This document shows positions 57,611 through 64,000 of a stretch of 64,000 nucleotides of DNA, piece by piece; position 1 is the first letter of the stretch, and the number at the start of each line of letters is the position of its first letter. The position numbers and the translations under genes were made by a program. Below the pieces are notes generated by a model. The model was not told where the DNA came from and did no database searches. It was given only the letters and a program-made list of their open reading frames with translations. Location: assembly GCA_043826585.1 (NCBI GenBank), contig JBDRPZ010000043.1, positions 481-64,480 of the forward strand, in the 5' to 3' direction. This stretch comes from Pseudomonadota bacterium. Lineage in GTDB: Bacteria; Pseudomonadota; Gammaproteobacteria; Burkholderiales; Gallionellaceae.

Positions 57611-58582
57611 ATGAAACCAGCATTCTCAGTGATCTTTTTGACGACCTTGATCGGTGCGGCGCAGGGCCTGTTCCTCGCCCTGTTCACGCACCAGTCGTAT
57701 GCGCTGTTCGGTTTGTTGCCGATGCAGTCCGACGACTTCTACGGCTACGGCACGCTCATCGTGCTGGTGTTGCTGGCGGCGGGTCTGGTGGCATCATTCT
57801 TCCACCTTGGTCGTCCCGAACGGGCATGGCGTGCCGCCACGCAATGGCGCACGTCCTGGTTGTCGCGCGAGGTGATCGTGCTGCCCGCGTTCATGGGCGT
57901 GGCCTTCCTGTTCGGTGTGTCGCATCTGTTCGGCATCCGCCCCGAGATCGTTACCTTGCCGGGCGGTCATGTGGTCGATCTGTCGCTGTTACTGGGGGTG
58001 GCGGGGACGTTGCTGGCGTTCGCCTTGTTCGTGTGCACGGCGATGATCTATGCCTGTCTGCGCTTCCTCAAGGAATGGAACTCTCCGCTGACGGTCATCA
58101 ATTACATCCTGATGGGCGGTTCTTCCGGTTTCATCCTGGCGGCCTTCTATGCGGCTTCCGCCGCGCCGGATCAGGCAGACTTTTTCGCCGGTTGGGCGAT
58201 CATCATTACCGTGCTGGCACTGATCGGACGCGCGGCATCGCTGGTGCGCAATGCGCGCCTAAAGCCGACCTCGACCATACAGACCGCTATCGGCGTGAAG
58301 CATCCAAAGATCACCCAGCGTTCCATGGGCGCGATGGGTGGTTCGTTCAATACGCGTGAGTTCTTCCATGGCAAGAGCGATGGCTTCCTGCGCGCGATCA
58401 AGCCGACTTTCCTGTTGCTGGCTTTTGTCTTGCCGCTTGTGTTGCTGGCGTTCAGCATGTCCACGCCTGCATTGCTGGGGCTAGCGTTTATACTGCAATA
58501 CATCGGCTTGCTGGCCGAGCGCTGGTTCTTCTTTGCGCAGGCCAACCATCCGCAGAACCTTTATTACCAGACCGTAGGCTGA
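57611..58582 (+). CDS. soeC: NrfD/DmsC-like membrane quinone-interacting subunit, SoeC-like
   Basis: 323 aa, about 8 TM helices. Third gene of the Mo/FeS/membrane trio. Confidence 0.75.
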   Translation: MKPAFSVIFLTTLIGAAQGLFLALFTHQSYALFGLLPMQSDDFYGYGTLIVLVLLAAGLVASFFHLGRPERAWRAATQWRTSWLSREVIVLPAFMGVAFLFGVSHLFGIRPEIVTLPGGHVVDLSLLLGVAGTLLAFALFVCTAMIYACLRFLKEWNSPLTVINYILMGGSSGFILAAFYAASAAPDQADFFAGWAIIITVLALIGRAASLVRNARLKPTSTIQTAIGVKHPKITQRSMGAMGGSFNTREFFHGKSDGFLRAIKPTFLLLAFVLPLVLLAFSMSTPALLGLAFILQYIGLLAERWFFFAQANHPQNLYYQTVG

Positions 58583-58592
58583 TGCAATACTG

Positions 58593-60389
58593 ATGGCAAC
58601 TCAAACTCGTACTCGTATCTGTAAAGACTGGCTGTGTCGGACGCTTCCGTTCATGCAATGGAAGCATCTGGTAGATAAACAATCCTCCCGTGCCGATCTG
58701 ATCGCCGGCCTGACCGGCGCGATGATCGTGCTCCCGCAAGGTGTGGCGTTCGCCACGATCGCCGGTATGCCGCCGGAGTATGGTCTGTATGCCGCCATGG
58801 TGCCGGCCATCATCGCCGCACTGTTCGGCTCGAGCTGGCATCTGGTGTCCGGCCCGACCACGGCCATTTCCATTGCGGTATTCGCCGCCATGAGCCCGCT
58901 GGCCGATCCCGGCTCGCCCGAGTTCATCAGTATGGTGCTGACACTGACCTTTCTGGTCGGCTTGTTCCAGTTGATCCTTGGCTTGGCGCGCATGGGCGTG
59001 CTGGTCAACTTCATTTCGCATACGGTGGTGATCGGCTTTACGGCCGGGGCGGCGGTGTTGATCGCGGCCAGTCAGGTGAAACATTTCTTCGGTATCGCCA
59101 TCGAGCGCGGCGCGCATTTCCATGTGGTGATCGAACAGCTGGTCCTGCAGCTCGGCGACATCAATCTGTATGTCACGCTGGTCGGTGCGGTGACGCTCGC
59201 TGCCGGGATATTGGCGAAGCGGCTCATCCCCAAGATGCCTTACATGATCGTGGCCATGGTGGTCGGCAGTGTGGTGGCCTGGCTGGTCAATCTGGAAGTC
59301 GGCGTGGCGACCACCCACATCACGACGGTGGGTGCGCTGCCTTCGCACCTGCCGCCGCTGTCGTTGCCGGACTTCTCTTACGACACGATCCGCAAGGTGC
59401 TTTTCCCGGCACTGGTGGTGACTATGCTGGCGCTGACCGAGGCGGTGTCCATCTCGCGCGCCATTGCGGTGAAGTCTGAGCAGCGTATCGATGGCAACCA
59501 GGAATTCATCGGCCAGGGCCTGTCCAATCTGGTCGGCAGTTTCTTCTCCAGCTACGCCTCCTGCGGTTCGTTCAACCGCAGTGGCGTGAACTATGCGGCC
59601 GGTGCGCGCACGCCGCTGGCGACGGTGTATGCCTCGATCTTCCTGCTGCTGATCCTGTTGCTGGTCGCGCCGCTGGCCGCCTATCTGCCCACGGCGGCGA
59701 TGGCGGGCATCCTGTTCCTAGTGGCATGGGGGTTGATCGATTTCCACCACATCTCCAGCATCATGAAGACCAGCCGCGGCGAGACCGTCATCCTGTGGGT
59801 GACGCTGGTGGGTACCTTGATCGATCTCGAGAAGGGTATCTTCTTCGGCATCCTGCTCTCGCTGGCGATCTATCTGTACCGCGTCTCCAAACCCGGCATG
59901 CGTCCTGTCGTGCCGTCGCCGGAAGAGGGTGCCTACCATTTTGTCGGTGCCGAAGATCATCAGCAATGTCCGCAGCTGTCCATCATGCGTATCAACGGTG
60001 CATTGTTCTTTGGTGCCGTCGACAATGTGCGTGACCGTCTGCATCAGATAGACGAAGAAGATCCACAGAAGAAATCGCTGCTACTGACCGTGCGCGGTCT
60101 GACCTTTGTAGATGTGGCCGGTGCCGAGATGCTGGCTCAGGAGGCACGCCGCCGCAAGAAGTTGGGCGGCAGGATCTACTTCTATTCATGCAAGGAAGCG
60201 ACGAAGGATTTCTTGAGGAAGTCCGGCGCAATGAAAGACATCGGCGAAGATAGCTTCTTCCCGGTGATGTCGAACTGGGTCGGGAAAATCTATCCCAATC
60301 TGAATCCGGAGATCTGCCGCAATTGCAAGGCACGCATCTTCGCCGAGTGCCATGTCAGGTTGCCGAACGGCGAACCCAGGGCGAGCTAG
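58593..60389 (+). CDS. SulP-family anion (sulfate) transporter with C-terminal STAS domain
   Basis: 598 aa. N-terminal ...DLIAGLTGAMIVLPQGVAFATIAG..., polytopic, with a STAS region near the C-terminus. Confidence 0.9.
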   Translation: MATQTRTRICKDWLCRTLPFMQWKHLVDKQSSRADLIAGLTGAMIVLPQGVAFATIAGMPPEYGLYAAMVPAIIAALFGSSWHLVSGPTTAISIAVFAAMSPLADPGSPEFISMVLTLTFLVGLFQLILGLARMGVLVNFISHTVVIGFTAGAAVLIAASQVKHFFGIAIERGAHFHVVIEQLVLQLGDINLYVTLVGAVTLAAGILAKRLIPKMPYMIVAMVVGSVVAWLVNLEVGVATTHITTVGALPSHLPPLSLPDFSYDTIRKVLFPALVVTMLALTEAVSISRAIAVKSEQRIDGNQEFIGQGLSNLVGSFFSSYASCGSFNRSGVNYAAGARTPLATVYASIFLLLILLLVAPLAAYLPTAAMAGILFLVAWGLIDFHHISSIMKTSRGETVILWVTLVGTLIDLEKGIFFGILLSLAIYLYRVSKPGMRPVVPSPEEGAYHFVGAEDHQQCPQLSIMRINGALFFGAVDNVRDRLHQIDEEDPQKKSLLLTVRGLTFVDVAGAEMLAQEARRRKKLGGRIYFYSCKEATKDFLRKSGAMKDIGEDSFFPVMSNWVGKIYPNLNPEICRNCKARIFAECHVRLPNGEPRAS

Positions 60390-60413
60390 GGTGTAGTTAT
60401 TGAAGGAGGCCAG

Positions 60414-62357
60414 ATGAGCAGCGAAGCAAGTCATACCAAAACCATTGTTGCGGCCTTCATCTTTCTAGCCTTCGGCGTGGCATCTTTCATGTTCGGCCCC
60501 AGCCGCGAGATCGCCGTCGTACTCAACTTGCTGCTGCTCACCGTGTTCCTGTTTGCCTTCGAGGTAGTCGGTGTGGATGTGGCGGCGGTCACCATCATGG
60601 TGCTGCTGGGTCTGATCAGTCACTTCAGTAGTGTGATCGGTCTGCCGCAGCCGTTGGTCGAAGGGCGGGAGTTGTTCCGCGGGTTCTCCGGCAATGCGGT
60701 GATCTCCATCATCGCTGTGATGATCGTCGGCGCGGGGTTGGACAAGACCGGCCTGATGAACAAGGTCGCCGGGTTCATCCTGCGCGTGGCGGGCAAGACC
60801 GAAGCGCGCATCATCCCGGCGGTCTCCAGTACCGTGGGCATCATCTCCAGTTTCATGCAGAACGTCGGTGCCGCAGCACTATTCCTGCCGGTGGTCGGTC
60901 GCGTCTCGGCGCGCACCGGCCTGCCGATGTCGCGCCTGCTGATGCCCATGGGTTTCTGCGCCATCCTTGGCGGCACCATCACCATGGTCGGTTCCAGCCC
61001 GCTGATCCTGCTCAACGACCTGATCCTCGCCTCCAACAAGGGGCTGGCGCCCGAGGAACAGATGCAGACCTGGTCGCTGTTCTCGGTCACGCCGATCGGT
61101 CTGGCCTTGTTGGCTGCAGGTATCGCTTACTTCGTGCTGGCGGGGCGCTATGTCTTGCCCGGTGGCGACAAGGCGAACGTGACCAGCGGCGCCAACGCGA
61201 TGGATTATTTTCGCAACCTGTATGGCTTGGACTATGCGGCGTTCGAGGTGGTGGTACCGGCCGGCAGCCCACTGGTCGGTAGACTCATCAACGATATCGA
61301 GCAGCCAAACCGCCTGCGCGTGATCGCCATCATGCGCAGCACGGATGACCTGCGCATCGGCCCTGCGCGTGACATCGAGATCGTGGCGGGCAGCGTGCTG
61401 GGCATCCTCGGTGCGCCGGAACGGTTGCGAGAGTTCGCTGCGAACAACGGTCTGCAACTGCGCGAGGAACTGGAGACCTTCGCCGAGCAATTGTCGGCTG
61501 CGAAGTCCGGCATCGCCGAGATCGTCATCCCGCCGCGTTCGGGGCTGATCGGTAAAAGTGCGCGCGATCTGTGGCTGCGAAAAAAATACGGGGTATCGCT
61601 GATGGCACTGCATCGCGGCGACAAGACGCTGCGAGAGGGAGACGGGGTGCGTGACATCCCATTCCAGTCCGGCGACGCGCTGGTAGTGCACACCGGCTGG
61701 GAGACGCTGGCCCATCTTCTGAAGGACAGGGACTTCGTGGTCATCACTACCGAGTTCCCGCGCGAGGAAACGCGCCCGCACAAGGTGAAGGCGGCGCTGG
61801 GCAGCTTCCTGTTGGCGCTGGTGCTGATCCTGTTCACCAATATCACCCTCTCCATCGCGCTGATGACCGGCGCCATCGGCATGGTGTTGCTGCGCGTGCT
61901 GAGCATAGACGAGGCGTACCGGGCGGTGAGCTGGAAATCGGTGTTCCTGCTGGCCAGCCTGATCCCGCTCGGCCTTGCGGTGGAGACCAGCGGCACGGCA
62001 AGATGGATCGCCGAACAGACCCTCTCCGTGCTGGGTGGCACGCCGATCTGGGTGATTCAGCTGGCGATCGTCGTGCTGGCTACGTTCTTTACGCTGGTGA
62101 TGTCGAACGTGGGTGCGACGGTGCTGCTGGTGCCGCTGGCGGTGAACATCGCCATTGGCGCGGGTGCGGACCCGGCGGTGTTCGCGCTGACGGTGGCGCT
62201 GGCGACTTCCAACTCTTTCTTCCTGCCGACCCATCAGGTGAATGCGCTGTTGATGGGGCCGGGCGGGTATCGCGTGGTCGATTACATGCGCGCCGGCGGG
62301 GTGATGACGATAGTGTTCATCATCGTGCTGATGGTCATGCTGAACCTGATCTTCTGA
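60414..62357 (+). CDS. SLC13/DASS-family permease with two central TrkA-C domains
   Basis: 647 aa with two polytopic halves flanking soluble TrkA-C-like segments. GGAGG RBS. Confidence 0.85.
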   Translation: MSSEASHTKTIVAAFIFLAFGVASFMFGPSREIAVVLNLLLLTVFLFAFEVVGVDVAAVTIMVLLGLISHFSSVIGLPQPLVEGRELFRGFSGNAVISIIAVMIVGAGLDKTGLMNKVAGFILRVAGKTEARIIPAVSSTVGIISSFMQNVGAAALFLPVVGRVSARTGLPMSRLLMPMGFCAILGGTITMVGSSPLILLNDLILASNKGLAPEEQMQTWSLFSVTPIGLALLAAGIAYFVLAGRYVLPGGDKANVTSGANAMDYFRNLYGLDYAAFEVVVPAGSPLVGRLINDIEQPNRLRVIAIMRSTDDLRIGPARDIEIVAGSVLGILGAPERLREFAANNGLQLREELETFAEQLSAAKSGIAEIVIPPRSGLIGKSARDLWLRKKYGVSLMALHRGDKTLREGDGVRDIPFQSGDALVVHTGWETLAHLLKDRDFVVITTEFPREETRPHKVKAALGSFLLALVLILFTNITLSIALMTGAIGMVLLRVLSIDEAYRAVSWKSVFLLASLIPLGLAVETSGTARWIAEQTLSVLGGTPIWVIQLAIVVLATFFTLVMSNVGATVLLVPLAVNIAIGAGADPAVFALTVALATSNSFFLPTHQVNALLMGPGGYRVVDYMRAGGVMTIVFIIVLMVMLNLIF

Positions 62358-62374
62358 GTCTGACGTATCGATAT

Positions 62375-62398
62375 CCCATAACCCTAAAGAGTTATGGG
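62375..62398 (+). terminator. hairpin after the SLC13 gene (weak terminator candidate)
   Basis: CCCATAAC, 8-nt loop, GTTATGGG. No clear T-tract follows. Confidence 0.3.
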
Positions 62399-62488
62399 TA
62401 TAGACACTTGCTGGTTATGGACGCAACTCAGGGGCTGGTATCAAATGCCCCCTCGCTCAGTAGTCCTATCTCGATAACAGGGGGCTGG

Positions 62489-62965
62489 ATGCATAGTCAT
62501 GATGGTGTGGATGGCAGTCGTCGTCAGGCGCTCAAGACCGGCGGTGGTCTGGGCATGTTGGGATTGTTCACCATGCTCGGCTTGTTGCCTGCCGCAGCGT
62601 TTGCAGGGGTCGACCGCAAGGCTTTCGAAACCAAGTCGCTGAATGAAGCACTCGATGCATTGGGCGGCCTGATCGCCGAAGAAAGCACCCTCATCACACT
62701 GACTGCGCCCGATGTCGCCGAGAACGGTGCGCTGGTGCCGGTGACTGTTGAAAGCACTCTGACCAATGTCGAGCAGATATCCATTCTGGCCGACCGCAAC
62801 CCCACCATGCTGGTCGCGCACTACACCTTCCCCAAGGGCACAGATGCCTATCTTTCCACCCGCATCCGCATGGCCGAGACCTCGAATGTGATCGTGCTGG
62901 TCAAAGCGGGCGAGCGTTTCTTGCGCGCGTCCAAGCAAGTCACAGTCACAGCGGGAGGCTGCTGA
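62489..62965 (+). CDS. soxY: sulfur carrier protein SoxY
   Basis: 158 aa from ATG 62489. Tat signal SRRQALKTG and a C-terminus ...VTVTAGGC carrying the carrier cysteine. The 320-aa ORF is an upstream extension. Confidence 0.85.
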   Translation: MHSHDGVDGSRRQALKTGGGLGMLGLFTMLGLLPAAAFAGVDRKAFETKSLNEALDALGGLIAEESTLITLTAPDVAENGALVPVTVESTLTNVEQISILADRNPTMLVAHYTFPKGTDAYLSTRIRMAETSNVIVLVKAGERFLRASKQVTVTAGGC

Positions 62966-63279
62966 TGGCTGCGCCTTCCAAGATCCGCGCATCGCTCAAG
63001 GATGCTGGCTATGTCGAAGTCAGGATGCTGATGTATCACGATATGGAGAACGGCCGTCGCAAGGACGAAGCCGGCAATGTCGTGCCGGCCTGGCATATCA
63101 CTGACTTCAAAGTGCAGCATCAGGGGCGGACCGTGCTGGAAGGGCAGTTCGGTACCTCCGTATCCAAGAATCCGTATCTGGTGTTCCGCTTCAGGGGCGG
63201 GAACAAGGGGGACGTGCTGTCCCTTTCATGGCAAGACAATCGGGGTGATAGTCGTTTGGATGAGACGATCATCGATTGA
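62965..63279 (+). CDS. soxZ: SoxZ
   Basis: 104 aa. The ATG shares one base with the soxY TGA. SoxZ-like ...VRMLMYHDMENGRRKD... Confidence 0.9.
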   Translation: MAAPSKIRASLKDAGYVEVRMLMYHDMENGRRKDEAGNVVPAWHITDFKVQHQGRTVLEGQFGTSVSKNPYLVFRFRGGNKGDVLSLSWQDNRGDSRLDETIID

Positions 63280-63351
63280 CCAGAGCAGGGGCCGCCGCCG
63301 GGCGGAAAACGCAGCAAACGTCGTTCAATTCAACTCAGGGGAGGTTTGACT

Positions 63352-63660
63352 ATGATTTCGTTTCGAATGCTATTGATCTTCATCGGACTGGGCTTGTGCT
63401 CTGTCGCACAGGCGGCAGGGGTCGATAAACACGCACGCAACATGGCGGCATCCTGTTCCGCCTGCCACGGCACCGACGGCTATAGCGAGGGCGGCATGCC
63501 GGTGATCGCGGGTATGGATAAAAAACTGTTTGTCATCACGATGAAGGACTTCAAGTCCGGCGCGCGTCCGGCCACCGTCATGCACCAGCATGCCAAGGGT
63601 TACTCCGACGAGCAGATCGAGATGCTCGCGAAGTTCTTCGCCGCGCAGAAGCGCAAGTGA
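63352..63660 (+). CDS. small mono-haem cytochrome c (FccA/SoxE-like)
   Basis: 102 aa from ATG 63352, with GGGGAGG 8 nt upstream. Signal peptide and CSACH haem motif. Immediately upstream of fccB. Confidence 0.75.
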   Translation: MISFRMLLIFIGLGLCSVAQAAGVDKHARNMAASCSACHGTDGYSEGGMPVIAGMDKKLFVITMKDFKSGARPATVMHQHAKGYSDEQIEMLAKFFAAQKRK

Positions 63661-63702
63661 TGCCAGTGCCAACCTGAACATACAGAACAGAGGGAGAACA
63701 AT

Positions 63703-64000
63703 ATGTCATTCAGTCGTCGTGATTTTATTAAGGCCGGCATTGCCGGTATCGCAGTCGGATCATTCCCCGGACTGGCATTCGCATCGAGCGAACTGATCAG
63801 GAAGAAAGGCCAGCGCGTGGTGGTGGTGGGTGGCGGATTCGGCGGTGCGACCGCCGCCAAGTACATCCGCAAATGGAGCAACAACAAGATCGAGGTGGTG
63901 CTGGTCGAACGCAACACGAACTTCATCTCCTGCCCGATGAGCAACACCGTGCTCGGCGGTACCCGGAAGATCGAAGACCTGACCATGGGCTATGGCACGC
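63703..64000 (+). CDS. fccB: flavocytochrome c sulfide dehydrogenase flavoprotein subunit (FccB/SoxF), 5' part, runs off the window
   Basis: MSFSRRDFIKAGIAG Tat signal, then the FAD fold VVVVGGGFGGATAAKY. No stop before position 64000. Confidence 0.85.
   Translation, partial: MSFSRRDFIKAGIAGIAVGSFPGLAFASSELIRKKGQRVVVVGGGFGGATAAKYIRKWSNNKIEVVLVERNTNFISCPMSNTVLGGTRKIEDLTMGYGT

Noticed and set aside
53947-58582. An alternative call of the Mo/FeS/NrfD trio as a periplasmic polysulfide, thiosulfate or tetrathionate reductase (PsrABC, PhsABC, TtrABC).
   Set aside because: The catalytic subunit lacks a twin-arginine signal at any plausible start. Subunit sizes and the adjacency to sat-apr fit SoeABC better. 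This remains a family-level inference pending phylogeny.

Overview
This is a gene-dense, high-G+C chromosomal window with about 75 protein-coding genes. I recognised no rRNA, tRNA, CRISPR array, transposase or integrase. From gene content I infer a chemolithotrophic sulfur- and hydrogen-oxidising proteobacterium of the Thiobacillus or Sulfuricella type. All product calls come from motifs and family memory only, because no searches were run.

Gene order:
- 0.8-6.3 kb: Moco/bis-MGD biosynthesis operon (moaA-moaC-moaD-moaE-GNAT-mobB-mobA-moeA-mog).
- 6.3-9.7 kb: sqr with a soluble Cys-rich GAF histidine kinase and a NarL-type regulator.
- 10-15 kb: rhodanese, a PatB/MalY-type C-S lyase, and a DUF427-egtB-egtD-EamA ergothioneine unit.
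- 15-22 kb: a thiol/peroxide-stress run. It holds NrtS-like, membrane peroxiredoxin-like, AhpD-like and AraC genes, an ECF sigma factor with an unannotated 58-aa zinc anti-sigma factor, and a c-type cytochrome flanked by NPCAA hexapeptide repeats. A periplasmic thioredoxin-CcdA-HD-GYP operon is transcribed divergently.
- 22.3-25.6 kb: a TetR regulator and a 46-bp perfect palindrome controlling a DsrE-like / PNPOx-FNR-ferredoxin / DUF1348 operon.
- 25.6-26.9 kb: a second NPCAA-repeat protein with an unknown protein and a GDCCVxC protein.
- 27-31.7 kb: GGDEF, a FleN-like ATPase, MocR and CcoG.
- 31.8-42.8 kb: an Isp-type [NiFe] hydrogenase cluster (hupD, hupH-like, hynS, isp1, isp2, hynL, hupE) with divergent hypCDFE.
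- 42.8-46.2 kb: a cysteine-less DsrC/TusE homologue and a low-G+C islet of unknown genes.
- 48-62 kb: sat-aprM-aprB-aprA divergent from soeABC, followed by SulP and SLC13 transporters.
- 62.5-64 kb: soxYZ and the start of fccAB.

Most notable observations:
- aprA carries two in-frame TAG codons (TAG-ATG-TAG), yet a conserved-looking C-terminus continues in frame.
- egtB carries an in-frame TGA at a position that I recall as Cys or Trp in homologues, again with a conserved tail that stays coupled to egtD.
- A secreted NPCAA-repeat protein family appears twice, each time in a thiol-redox or metal context.
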